A stretch of DNA of 64,000 nt. Origin: Alphaproteobacteria bacterium (GTDB taxonomy: Bacteria > Pseudomonadota > Alphaproteobacteria > Bin95). Each line of letters begins with the position of its first letter. The stretch's first letter is position 1. This document shows, in pieces, positions 48,940-59,562 of the stretch. A program made the translations under genes and the position numbers. The stretch is taken from NCBI GenBank assembly GCA_964291285.2, contig OZ219787.1:64001-128000 (forward strand), in the 5' to 3' direction. The notes beneath the pieces were generated by a model. That model did no database searches. It had not been told where the DNA came from and saw only the letters and a program-made list of their open reading frames with translations.

Positions 48940-49272
48940 ATGACGGCAGCAACGATGGCGATGCCCGGCAATACGGCAAGCACGTTCCTGGTCCACTATT
49001 TCGGCGGCGGCCTCGACGGCGACGACCGCTTCGTGGTCGAGCGGTTCCGCGCCCTGGCCTGCGGCGACATTCGTCCGGTCCGGGACGGTGAGGAGAACGC
49101 GAAGGGGCGGCGCAAGGTCAGGCGCACCGTGGTCTCGCGCAAGGAGGCCGAGGCGATGCGCCCGGAGCGCACCGAGATCATCGTGTGCACCGGCCTTCGC
49201 ACCCGCGGGGGGAAACAGGCCTGGGGTTCGGTTGCGGCGGGCCTCCTGTGCGACCGCAAGCAGCGCGGCTGA
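48940..49272 (+). CDS. Hypothetical protein, copy 2
   Basis: Homolog of 22162-22488; RBS GGAG. Confidence 0.7.
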   Translation: MTAATMAMPGNTASTFLVHYFGGGLDGDDRFVVERFRALACGDIRPVRDGEENAKGRRKVRRTVVSRKEAEAMRPERTEIIVCTGLRTRGGKQAWGSVAAGLLCDRKQRG

Positions 49273-49359
49273 GCGCTTTCCCGAGGGACGTCCGGCCGGC
49301 CCGGCCGGGTCGGCCGGGCGTCCCTCTTCCGTTTTCCCCACGGCAAGGAGAACGCACCC

Positions 49360-50382
49360 ATGTGCGAGCAGCAGGACATCGGGGCGCGGCGCGCGCGGAA
49401 CCTGGAGCGCTGGCGTCGTCGGGTTGCCGACCGGCGCGCGCGCGGCAAGTGCATCGGGTGCGGCAAGCGCGAACCCGAGACCGCGCGGACCCTGTGCGCG
49501 CCCTGCGCCGAGAAGCGGAACCGGGCGAGCCGGGCCAGGGACGCAAGGCTGCGCACCGCCGGCCTCCCCCGGAGAGACCCCGACAAGGCACGCGCCCAGG
49601 AGCGCGACCGGTCCCGCCGCGAGGCTGAAATGCGCCGCGACGCCGGGCTCTGCATCCGGTGCGGCAAGCAGCCGGCCGCCGATGGCCGTGCGTCCTGCCA
49701 GCCGTGCCTGGAGAAGCGCCGGGCAGCGGACCGCGCGAAATACGCCGCCGGGAAAGCCGCCGGCCTCAGGTATGGCGGGGCCGATGCCGAGGCCAAAAGG
49801 CGCGCCGCCCGGGCGAAGAGCAAGCGCCGCCAGAAAGCCCGGATCGAGGCGGGACTCTGTATCCGCTGCGGCAGGCAGCCCCCTGCCGGGGGCGGAACCA
49901 CCTGCCAGCCCTGCCGGGACAGGAGGCAGGCGGCGGAACGCCGGAAATACCGGGACCGGCGCCAGGCCGGGCTCTGCACCCGGTGCGGCGCCGCCGTCCA
50001 TGACGGTCTGTCGCGCTGCGCGCCGTGTGCCGCCATCGAGGAGGCCAGCCACAACCCGGAGCGCAAGAACGCACGCTCGCGGCAGTTGTACGCCCGGCGC
50101 CGGGCCGCCGGCCTGTGCACGGCCTGCGGGGCGCCGTCACAGGGGGCGGCGCGCTGTGCGCCCTGTGCCGAGAGGTCGTATCAAGGGTCGGGGCATTTCA
50201 GGGGCATCCCGGTCCACGAGCCGGTCTGGACCGTGATCGAACTGGAGACCGGCCGCGAGCACGGTCCGTTCGACGATCCGGCCGATGTCGCCCTCTGCCT
50301 CGCCTTCGGGAAGCTCGACCGCAACCGCGTCGAGATCGTCGCCGACGCCCCCGTCACCGCCTCCTTCACCGCCTGGACCTGA
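49360..50382 (+). CDS. Arg-rich protein with five zinc-ribbon repeats, copy 2
   Basis: GxCxxCG...CxPC occurs five times; RBS AAGGAG. Confidence 0.82.
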   Translation: MCEQQDIGARRARNLERWRRRVADRRARGKCIGCGKREPETARTLCAPCAEKRNRASRARDARLRTAGLPRRDPDKARAQERDRSRREAEMRRDAGLCIRCGKQPAADGRASCQPCLEKRRAADRAKYAAGKAAGLRYGGADAEAKRRAARAKSKRRQKARIEAGLCIRCGRQPPAGGGTTCQPCRDRRQAAERRKYRDRRQAGLCTRCGAAVHDGLSRCAPCAAIEEASHNPERKNARSRQLYARRRAAGLCTACGAPSQGAARCAPCAERSYQGSGHFRGIPVHEPVWTVIELETGREHGPFDDPADVALCLAFGKLDRNRVEIVADAPVTASFTAWT

Positions 50383-50572
50383 CATGCTGTCCCGGGCGGC
50401 GATGGCGGCGCTCGCCTGGCCGCGGTCCGCCGCGCCGTCCCTGTGTCGTGGAGAGGAGTAAAGCGCCTGCCGGGCGAGTGTCCGGCAGGGCGGAGGAGAG
50501 GACTCCCCGCCGATGCCGGATCGATGTCCGGCACAGGTCGCCGGGCAGGACAACGGCAGAGGAGTTCCCGCC

Positions 50573-50779
50573 ATGTTTCATCCCGATACATCCCTCGACC
50601 TCCCGACCGGCTGCGACCTGCTCGCCGAACTCGGCGTCGACCGTCGCACCGTCCGCGAGATCGCCGAGGACGAGCGCGCCATCCGCTGTCCCGACCGGGG
50701 CGCGGCCTGTCCGGTGCACGGCTTCGCGAGCCTCTTCCCGGAACCGGCGTCGCCGTTCTCTCCGGGCGGTCAGGGGTAG
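50573..50779 (+). CDS. Small hypothetical protein, copy 2
   Basis: RBS GAGGAG; homolog of 20499-20762. Confidence 0.55.
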   Translation: MFHPDTSLDLPTGCDLLAELGVDRRTVREIAEDERAIRCPDRGAACPVHGFASLFPEPASPFSPGGQG

Positions 50780-50883
50780 AGGAGGGCCTGAAGAGATTGA
50801 ACGGGCAGGGGTTCGGGGGAGTGACCCCGGCCCCGGTCGTTCGCAACCCATCGTCATCAACACGAACCTGAAGGAGTATCGCA

Positions 50884-51312
50884 ATGAGCTTCGGATTGAA
50901 CAAGGTGCAGATCATCGGCCGCCTCGGCGCGGACGTCACCATCAACCACCTGCAGAACGGCGGCCGCGTGGCCAATCTGAGCGTTGCCACCGACGAGAGC
51001 TACATCGACCGGAACGGCAGCGGCGAGCGGATCGACAGGACCGAGTGGCACCGGGTCGTGACCTTCCAGGACGGGCTGATCGACATGCTCGCCAGGCACG
51101 CCACGAAGGGCCGGCTGGTCTACATCGACGGCAAGCTCCAGACCCGGCGCTGGAAGAAGCCGGGCGAGGACTCCGACCGCTTCTCGACCGAGATCCTGCT
51201 GGTCCCGGGTGGGCGCGTCCAGTTCCTCGACAAGGCGAACGGCAACGCCGCGCAGCCCGGCCCGGACGCGGCGGGCGGCGACCCGATGGATGGGGATCAG
51301 ATCCCGTTCTAG
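50884..51312 (+). CDS. ssb: Single-stranded DNA-binding protein, copy 2
   Basis: OB-fold motifs and DQIPF tail. Confidence 0.95.
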   Translation: MSFGLNKVQIIGRLGADVTINHLQNGGRVANLSVATDESYIDRNGSGERIDRTEWHRVVTFQDGLIDMLARHATKGRLVYIDGKLQTRRWKKPGEDSDRFSTEILLVPGGRVQFLDKANGNAAQPGPDAAGGDPMDGDQIPF

Positions 51313-51496
51313 AGCTTCCCGTTCTCCCCCCCCCCCACAGGGCCGGCGCCTCGCGCGTCGGCCCTTTTCTCATGCGGGCAGGTTCAAGTCTCGCCGCGGC
51401 GCATACGGGAGTGGGAGCGAGGCTGGAAAGCGGGTGAACCGCGCGAGGAGGAGAGGGAGCCCGCTCGCGCACCCGTCACGCTACCCGGAGAACCCG

Positions 51497-51724
51497 ATGA
51501 GCACCATCTCCTTCCGCCGCATCGCCCCCGACGAATCCCGCATCTACCGGGACGGCGACCATGTCGGCGACGTCCACGCCTTCGACGACAGCACCCGGCC
51601 GGGGCACAGGGTGTTCGCCATACATCTCGACGAGGACCCGCGCGGGCCCGTCTATCTCCACGACCGCACCCGCATCCGCGAGACCGCCCGGCAGCGGGTC
51701 GACTCCCATCCCCTGTGGGGTTGA
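51497..51724 (+). CDS. Hypothetical protein (75 aa), copy 2
   Basis: Near-identical to 19572-19799. Confidence 0.75.
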   Translation: MSTISFRRIAPDESRIYRDGDHVGDVHAFDDSTRPGHRVFAIHLDEDPRGPVYLHDRTRIRETARQRVDSHPLWG

Positions 51725-52097
51725 CGCAAGGGCGGGCAACGGCGCCTCCCGCTCCGGCGCCGTGCCGGGCCGAAACGACGATGGGGTCCGTGCAGGGCGA
51801 GAGAAATACGCCACCCCGCTGTGATGTCCAATCGTGTCACACGGGCTCGCGACAGCAACCCCTGCGGGGTCCTCCGGTCGCTCCGCTCCCTGCGGCCCGG
51901 CCAAGAAGCTCCAGGGGCGGACCGTGAAAGTCGACGACCGTGAAGATCGCAGGGCGATCTTCCGCACCACTCGCCGACTTTCCGCACCACTCCGCCCAGG
52001 AGCTTCTACGCCCGGGTGCTTCTGCTGCGCGCGCGTGCCCCGACAGGACATCACAACGGGGATCGGCCCCGAACGTGAAAACCGAAAGGAAAACGAC

Positions 52098-53024
52098 ATG
52101 ACCTTCCATACCGATACCACCGAAACCGCAGCACAGTCCGCAACCGCGATCGTCTGCGACAACGCCGCTCTCTTCGGCGCAACCCCCGAGCGCGACGAGT
52201 TCGATACCCGCGAGATCTGGGACCAGGACGAGGCCATCACCGCCGTCACCGAAGCCTTCCGCATCCTCAGCCGGGGCGTCGCGCCCGACGGATACCAGAT
52301 GGCAGACGAACGCGAGAGCCTGCTCTGGGGCTTCGTCAACATGCTCCACGCCCAGACACAGCGCCTCGACCGCAGCGTCGACAAGCTCACCCCCGAACTC
52401 CAGGACCTCCAGCGCACACAGGACGGCTCCGAGATCAGGTCCCTGGAACTGGAACTCGTGACCGACCGCGCACAGTGCCTCACCGCACGCCGCGACGCCT
52501 TCGAGACATTGCGCAACGAGGCCGCCGAAGCCTACCGCGCAGACACCGGCGACACATGGCGGCCCCGGCGCGGCAGCCACGCCAGCCAGACCGGACATCT
52601 GACCTCCGCAGCCATCGACGCCCGCGACTTCGTCCGCGCCCGAAAGGACCGCAAGACACAGGCCCACCTGCCCCAGGGAACCCTCGTCGCCATCGCCGGC
52701 GGAAAGGACATCGCAAACCCGGCAGCCGTCATCGAGCGCCTCGACAAGGTCCGCGCCAGGTATGCCGACCTCGTCCTCGTGCATGGCGGCGGTCCCGGCG
52801 TCGAGAAGATCGCGGCGCGCTGGGCCGAGCGCAACGGTGTCCACCAGGTCGTCTGCAAGCCCGACTGGGACCGCCACGGTCGCGCCGCACCCTTCCGCCG
52901 CAACGACGAACTGCTCAACCTCCTGCCGAAGGGCGTCATCGCCTTCCCCGGCTCCGGCATCACCGACAACCTCGTCGACAAGGCGAAGCAGCTCGGCATC
53001 CCGGTGATGAAGGTAGCAGCCTGA
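52098..53024 (+). CDS. DUF2493 / YspA-like SLOG-domain protein, copy 2
   Basis: Same motifs as 18245-19162. Confidence 0.85.
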   Translation: MTFHTDTTETAAQSATAIVCDNAALFGATPERDEFDTREIWDQDEAITAVTEAFRILSRGVAPDGYQMADERESLLWGFVNMLHAQTQRLDRSVDKLTPELQDLQRTQDGSEIRSLELELVTDRAQCLTARRDAFETLRNEAAEAYRADTGDTWRPRRGSHASQTGHLTSAAIDARDFVRARKDRKTQAHLPQGTLVAIAGGKDIANPAAVIERLDKVRARYADLVLVHGGGPGVEKIAARWAERNGVHQVVCKPDWDRHGRAAPFRRNDELLNLLPKGVIAFPGSGITDNLVDKAKQLGIPVMKVAA

Positions 53025-53795
53025 CCGCAACGCATCGCGGGCCGTGTCGTCGCTCCGGCGGCGGCACGGTCCGTTTCCTCTTTCGCACATCGATGACGCG
53101 GCAACGCCAACCTCGCGCGCTTCGCGCCGCACTCGTGCTCCGGCTTCGCCGATCGCGCTTGCGTTCCGCGTCCGCGTCACGCGCCGCTGCACCATGCTTC
53201 GCCCGGGTGCATCGCCGTCCGCGCCGATCCCGGCGCACTTCCGCCAGCGTGACTGTCGACGGCACTGCCGCCGCTGCCGCCCGTCCGCTCGGCACGGTGC
53301 TTCGCACCAGTGCCCGCGCTCGCGCCGGCGAGGCCGTCCGCTCACACGCCGCGGCGGCTCCCCTCCGCCGGGTTCCCCGGCGTCGATTTCCCCATCGTGT
53401 ATGCTATCCCTTCCGGCTCTGTCTCGACGGCGGAGCCGCTATTTCGTCACACCAGACGCGCCAGGGGCGCAGTCGGCGCATGCGTGGCCTGGAGAACCCT
53501 ACCGGTGCCACAAGGCGCCAGACGGGGCCTGCGGTATGATGGGAACCTGTAGTGCGCTTTGTGTTACGGACAAACCCTTGGAATCATTGTATGTGTTTCT
53601 ACCGTGTTCGCCGTGTATGCTCACAGAACACCGTCCGCATTGCGTGCCATTGCGGCCAGGGACGGAGGAAACACGGGATTGCCGCCCACGGGCAGGTAGG
53701 CCAATGGACCGGGAAACAGCCCCGTGACCGTCCGAAACCGCCCGACAACGGAGTGCGCGGCGACGCAGGTTCGGGCTCGAACATGGGAGGTGACG

Positions 53796-54137
53796 ATGGC
53801 AAACAGGAGCTTCCAGCGCTCGATCCGGTTCACGAAAAACGAGTGGGATGCCGTGGTCGAGGCCGCCGAGAAGGCCGGAATCACTCCCGGCTCGTTCGTG
53901 CGCAGGGCCGCCGCGCGCGCCGCGGCCGACGATCTCTATCTCTACGGTGGCGGCTTGACGCCGGAATTGGCCGAGGTCATCAGGCGAACTTTCCGGGGGA
54001 TGCACTTTCTGGCGTGGCTCAGGGACCGGGAACTCGCAGCCCAGGGCCGAGAGAGCGACCTCGAAGCCGCCGCCGAAGCCGCGCGAAGCGCGCTGGCCGA
54101 GATTCTCGACGGGATGGAGGCGGACACCGAAGGCTGA
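53796..54137 (+). CDS. Ribbon-helix-helix-like (CopG/MobC-like) protein
   Basis: RSIRFTKNEWDAVVEAAEKAGITPGSFVR; RBS GGAGG. Confidence 0.65.
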   Translation: MANRSFQRSIRFTKNEWDAVVEAAEKAGITPGSFVRRAAARAAADDLYLYGGGLTPELAEVIRRTFRGMHFLAWLRDRELAAQGRESDLEAAAEAARSALAEILDGMEADTEG

Positions 54138-54464
54138 GCTTGCCGTGAAAATTGTTGGGGATCGGGCGCACAAAACCCCTCCCCGCCAAAGCACTGCTCC
54201 CGAGGCGTCCGATACTCGCCATCTGCGGCGCCCGTCTTGCGGACCGTGACCGGTAGGCAACCCCGTAAAAGCCCGAAGTCCCGCCCGCGCGGCCGGCACC
54301 TGTTTTCATGATACGGGGTGGCCGACCCGCCCGGCAATGGACGTTTGGGTCGAAGACCCGGCGAACCGGGCATCGGCCCAGGTGCTTGATCAAGCCGGTG
54401 GCGGCGTTATCCTTGCCCCCAAGGTGAATTTTTCGGTGGGGATAGCGCGAGAAGCGGGAAGGCG

Positions 54465-54707
54465 ATGACGCGGCATGTGAAGATCGGGGAGGCCAAGACC
54501 CACCTTTCCGCGCTGCTGGCAGCGGTGGAGGCGGGTGAGGATCTGGTGATCTGCCGCGGCACGACGCCGGTCGCCCATGTGACGCGGATCGCCGTCGAGG
54601 AGGAACACGCCACGCTCAGCGCGACGCTGCGCCGGGAACGCGCGAAGCAGCAGACGGTGACGACCGCGGAGATTCTGGCCTGGCGTCACGAGGGACACGC
54701 GCTCTGA
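54465..54707 (+). CDS. vapB: Phd/YefM-family antitoxin
   Basis: VKIGEAKTHLSALL..VEAGE..VI.RG..PVA; coupled to the PIN toxin. Confidence 0.9.
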   Translation: MTRHVKIGEAKTHLSALLAAVEAGEDLVICRGTTPVAHVTRIAVEEEHATLSATLRRERAKQQTVTTAEILAWRHEGHAL

Positions 54708-55108
54708 TGGCATTCGTTCCCGACGCTTCGGTCGCCGCGGCCTGGGTTCTGCCGGACGAGAACGCGGCGGCGGCCGACATTGCGCTGGACCGGCTGGGCG
54801 CGGAGACGGCGAAGGTGCCGGGCGTGTTCTGGCACGAGTTGCGTAACCTGCTGCTGAGCGCGGAACGCCGGGGGCGGATCACCGGACGCCACGCCGACGC
54901 TTCCATGGCGCGGCTGCGCCGTCTTCCCATCGTCTGCCCGGGCGAAACCGACGATAGTGCAGTCATGGCGCTGGCGCGCGCTCATCGGTTGAGCGCCTAC
55001 GATGCGAGCTATCTGGCGCTTGCGGTTCGCGAGGGCTATGCGTTGGCGAGCCTCGACCGGCGCCTGAACGAGGCCGCGGCCGCCGAAGGTGTGACGACAT
55101 TCGCCTGA
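54707..55108 (+). CDS. vapC: VapC PIN-domain toxin
   Basis: FVPDASV, E..N.L, LSAYDASYLALA and LASLD. Confidence 0.92.
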   Translation: MAFVPDASVAAAWVLPDENAAAADIALDRLGAETAKVPGVFWHELRNLLLSAERRGRITGRHADASMARLRRLPIVCPGETDDSAVMALARAHRLSAYDASYLALAVREGYALASLDRRLNEAAAAEGVTTFA

Positions 55109-55363
55109 AATAGCCCCTGCATCCAGCGCGGTCGGCTACATGCCGGGGTCCATCTCTACGGATTTTGCTTGCGTGCGGGACCTTCTCCGGCCCGTCTGCA
55201 CGGCCATTCTGTACCGAGCGCATCGGCACCGCTGCTTCCGGCACCCGTTCGATTTCTCTTTCGTATGCACCATTGCCGCCGCTGAAATCTCGACCGAGCC
55301 GGTCTGGCCCCACGCACCGGTCGACAGAGAGTTACGCCCCCAGGGCAATCGCTTTTGGTCTGG

Positions 55364-56466
55364 TCATGCTGCGGCCCGGATCAAGTTGAGGAGCAAGTCG
55401 TCGTTCCAGGCTGCGCGTTTGAGTTTTCCGCGCATGGCGTCTTTTGTGGGTTCGCGGCGTGCGATGTTGAGGGCGAGGCGTCGGATCAGGGCGAGGTTTT
55501 CGGGTCCGTGGTCCTTGCGGTTTCGCTGTCGGTCCTCGTTCATGGTCACGTCGAGCACCCAGTGCAGGCAGTTTTCGATGGCCAATGGGCGCGCGCGGCG
55601 TGCTGGAAGCGCTCGGGCGCGAGCGGCGCGCTCATGATGTAGTAGCGGGTTTCGGTTTTGGTGCTCTTTGCGGTTTCGCGCCTCGCCTCAATCTTGCCGA
55701 TGGCGGCGAGCCCCGGCCAGTCATGGCGCTCGCGCAGCCATGCGATCTCGTGGCAGACCGAGGCGCGGCGCGTCTCGATGCGCCCGTGATCGCCATCGAC
55801 ATGCTGACATGATTGGAGTTTGTCCGCCTGGGCGGGATCGGCCGGATACAGGCGCACATCCTCATACAGGCTGCCCTGATTGCCCTTGAGCGCCAGCACA
55901 TGGTCCCCGCCCCTGGCGGTAACGGCCTCGGCCGTCGCCCGCCGGGTATGCATCGCGTCCGCCGTCACGATCCGGCCCTTGAGCGCCAGCATCTCCAGCA
56001 GCTTCGGCATCGCCGCAATCTCGTTGGACTTGTCATCGACCTTCACCTGGCCGAGCATCAGGCGGGTCCCGGCGGCGAAGGCCTGCACCAGATGCACCGG
56101 CGAGCGCGCCGCGGCATCGGCGAAGGAACGCCGCAGCGACTTGCCGTCAATCGCGATCACATCGCCGTCCAGAACCGCCGCCCAGTCCTCCAGAAGCCGC
56201 AGCAGCACTTTCTGCAGGCTGTCGGGATCGAGGGCGTTGAACAGGTCCGAAAACGCATCGTGGCTCGGGATGCCGTGCTTCAACTCCATGAAACGGCGCA
56301 GAAACCCTTCCTTCGCCCGACCGAAACGCTCCATGTCCGCGCATCCCTCCCCGCCGCACAAGGTCGAGAGCAGCGCGATCATAAGCATCTCGTGCAGAGA
56401 GTGGCGCGTCGCATTGCTGCGACGCGGATCCGTAACTCCTTCGAATACTGACGAAAACTCCTCCAT
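55364..56466 (-). mobile_element. ISAs1-family transposase, frameshifted near the 3' end
   Basis: DPR, GIPSHD, IAIDGK, KSNEI, ADAMH, LKGNQ and HGRIETR. HW/AIENCLHWVLDV is split by a frameshift at about 55583. Confidence 0.92.
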
Positions 56467-57152
56467 CTCACACCCCAACTCAACAGAAACGGAAACGGGA
56501 GTGTAGCAAAATCAAAGAAGGATTTTGCAGCTGCTATACCTGACATGAAGTTCGATGGATTCCCGTTTCTATGATTTGGGTACAGTGGGTTATGATGCCT
56601 GTCAAGCATATGATTTTGAGATGAAAAGGCATATAACCATACTGGCAAGTGAGGAAAAATGGTGCATATGGGTGCAGCAGAAGATTGAACCCGGTATGCG
56701 GGAATGATCCGGACAGGGTGAGGAACCATGATGATTGCACAGCAAGGCATATGGAAAGAATTATATGGATAATTGATTGGAACGGGGTTACGGTCCAACG
56801 CGATTCTATGGGTATGCAGGTGAAACATGCCTTTCTGGTATTATATGAGAGTAGATTCTATGGATAGGAGCAGCGCGCGGGACCGTTCCGGAGGCCGGCA
56901 TATGGCGGCGAGGTTCCGGAGACGGAAAAGGAATGCGTTGCGGCGAGATGCCGGGCGATGCAGGCCGGCCGTTCCTGCGGGAGACAACCGGAACCGGACG
57001 GCTGCGGGGCGCCGGTCTTGCGGTGCAAGCGATACGCGCCTGGCAGGCATGGACTTCTCCGATGGGCGGCGGGTCCGGAGCGGACGGGAGGCGGGCTCTC
57101 GGCTGAAGTCGATACCGGCAGCCGCAGCCGCTTTCTGCCGGAAGGAAACGGC

Positions 57153-57485
57153 ATGAAGCTGGCGAAACAGCGTTGCTTCTACTGTTCCCCGGAAGTGTGG
57201 GAACGGATCCGCAGGCTTGCAGGGAAGGTGAAGCTGAAGGTCTCGCGCTTCATATGGCTCTGCTGCCGGCAGGCTGGCGAGGGAGACGGCGGCGCCCGAC
57301 CGGACGCCGCCGGGCATCCCGTTGTGCTGACGCAGGAGGAACAGCGCCGCCTTCACGAGAACGCCCGCAGGCTGTGCGGCGCCGGTCGTCTTTCGGTTCG
57401 GGCTCCTGGAGGCGAAGAGGCGAGTGTCACGTTCGGCGAGGCGGTGCGTTTCCTGCGCCTTGCCGAACGGGAGGACGGGGCATGA
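57153..57485 (+). CDS. Hypothetical protein, RHH-like N-terminus
   Basis: RCFYCSPEVWERIRRLA.K..LKVSRFI; ATGA-coupled to the next gene. Confidence 0.55.
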   Translation: MKLAKQRCFYCSPEVWERIRRLAGKVKLKVSRFIWLCCRQAGEGDGGARPDAAGHPVVLTQEEQRRLHENARRLCGAGRLSVRAPGGEEASVTFGEAVRFLRLAEREDGA

Positions 57486-58006
57486 GGAAGCCGCGCGCCG
57501 CCAGGCCGGATACGAACGCCATGAACCGCACGGTCTCGCTGACTGACGGGGAGTGGGGTTCGATCGGGCGGTGGTCGGCCGCCCGCGGCAAGTCGAGGGC
57601 GCAATGGATGCGCGAATGCGCGCTGACGGTGGACCTGCCGGCGAAGAGGGCCGTGGCCCGGCCTCTGGTGCTGGACGCCGGGGAACAGCGCTGCATTTCC
57701 CGCCCGGTCGGGGATTTGGCGGGCCGGCTGTCTTCTTCGGGAAACGAAGCGGGCGGGACCCCCGGAGACGACCTGCGGGCATTGCTGGCGGCGCGGCTGC
57801 GGACCATGGCCGGGGACGGCCGGCGCGAGGCCGCGGTCGAACTGCTTCGCCATGTGTTCGGCGAGGAACGGGCAGCCGTGATCGCGGCGGCATTCATCCC
57901 TGAGCCGCAGCCGATGGACCGAACGGATGACGGGTCATCGGAAACCCGCCCGGACGATCATTCCGGGCGGAAACCGGCACCCCAGAAAAACCTGTTCGAT
58001 GACTGA
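57482..58006 (+). CDS. Hypothetical protein, RHH-like N-terminus
   Basis: RTVSLTDGEW..I...SAARGKSRAQWMRECAL. Confidence 0.55.
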   Translation: MRKPRAARPDTNAMNRTVSLTDGEWGSIGRWSAARGKSRAQWMRECALTVDLPAKRAVARPLVLDAGEQRCISRPVGDLAGRLSSSGNEAGGTPGDDLRALLAARLRTMAGDGRREAAVELLRHVFGEERAAVIAAAFIPEPQPMDRTDDGSSETRPDDHSGRKPAPQKNLFDD

Positions 58007-58304
58007 ATGCCGGCGTGATCCCGCGCCGAACGGACGGACCGCCGCGACGACTTCCGCGCTCTCCCGAGGGATGACCGGCCGGCACCCCGGACCCTCGCCG
58101 TTGCGCGGACCGCGTTCCACTGCGCGAACAGCTCACGGCAGCGCCGGATGACTTTCGGACGGGCGACGGGCGGCGCATGTCCGCCGTCTACCCCCGATCA
58201 GCGAGCGACCAATCCGCCGATTGAATGCCAAGCGATGAACCGTCCCGAAAGCGGGCAAATACCCTTGCCGTCGTCATGACGAGCGGCTATCGTCTCATTG
58301 CGAG

Positions 58305-58446
58305 GCCGGCGGGGGCGGACAGGCTGGTGCTGATCCACCACGACCCGCGCCGCGACGACGAGGCGATGGACCGGCTTGTTGCGGAAGCGGCCGAATACAG
58401 GCCCGGCACGCAGGCCGCGCGGGAAGGCATGGTGCTGAGCTTGTAA
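58305..58446 (+). pseudogene. MBL-fold metallohydrolase C-terminal fragment
   Basis: GADRLVLIHHDP.RDD.AMD...AAREGMVL. Confidence 0.6.
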
Positions 58447-58529
58447 GGCGATGGTGAGACGAGCCTTCAGCCATGCATTGATGGAGAGCGGTGGCCGGTC
58501 TGGACGAAGTAAAACAGAGCGTTGTGTAG

Positions 58530-58920
58530 ATGAAAGAAGAAAAACTCCCCTACGACATGGGCAACGCAGGCGACTTGCTCAAGCACGGCGTCCTGACCGA
58601 GTTTGTCCGCTGGCGGTTGGCCGCGGACCGAAGACGGCGGATTCGCTTCTTGGACCTGTTCGGAGGAGAACCGCAGAGCTCCGACACACCCGAAGAAATT
58701 ATCCACCGCCTCCGCGCCTTGTCCGGAAGCGCTTTGCAAGAGGCGCAAACAGGAATTAGAGACCGGCTTTATTATGGCAGTGGCCAACTGGTCAGAATAC
58801 TGGGGGAACTTGTCGATGATCGAGTTTCCGTCTTCGTTTCCGATCGTGACGAGATCCGTAGGCAACGGCTGCGGGCTGCCGGGCTATCGATGTTGGAAGA
58901 AGCGTTTCCTGGCTGCGGGT
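58530..58920 (+). pseudogene. RlmJ-like methyltransferase-fold protein, truncated by IS5
   Basis: GNAGDLLKH, FLDLFGG and YYGS resemble RlmJ N-terminal motifs. Confidence 0.5.
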
Positions 58921-59441
58921 TAGGTCGTGTACCCATAAGGGGTTTCTTCTTCAGCGGAGCTGTGATTCAAGCTCCCAACATCAGGGAGCGAGGACATGGG
59001 CCGGTACGATCTGACGGACTTCGAATGGCGGGTGATCAAGCCGTTGCTGCCGAACAAGCCCCGTGGGGTGCCGCGGGTTGACGACCGGCGGGTGTTGAAC
59101 GGCATTCTGTGGGTGCTTCGCGCGGGGGCGCCGTGGCGAGACCTGCCGGAGCACTACGGGCCTTATACGACCTGCTACAACCGGTTCAACCGCTGGCGCA
59201 AGAAGGGCATCTGGGATCAGTTGATGGATGCGGTGGTGGAGGCTCACGACGGCAATGTGCAGATGATCGACAGTTCGAGCGTCCGGGTTCACCAGCATGC
59301 GGCGGGATCAAAAAAGGGGGTCCGGATCGTTGCATGGGCCGTTCCCGTGGCGGACTGACCACGAAGATCCACGCCGTGTCGGACGTGAGCGGCCTGCCGG
59401 TCCGCTATGACCTCAGCCCCGGCCAGGCGCACGACACCACG
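58921..59441 (+). mobile_element. IS5-family (IS427-like) element, 3'-truncated
   Basis: RYDLTDFEW, WRDLPE.YGPYTTCYNRF, IDSS, AAAAAAGGGGG slippery site and GRSRGGLTTKIH. Confidence 0.88.
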
Positions 59442-59562
59442 GCCGCACCTGTGGGTGCTAACTATCTGACATAGCGTCGTTTTTTCTCCCGAAATGCAGC
59501 GGTCGGGGAAGCGGGTCGCAAGGGCCCGTTCCCCGGCTGCAACCGGAGCCGGGAGAAACGCA

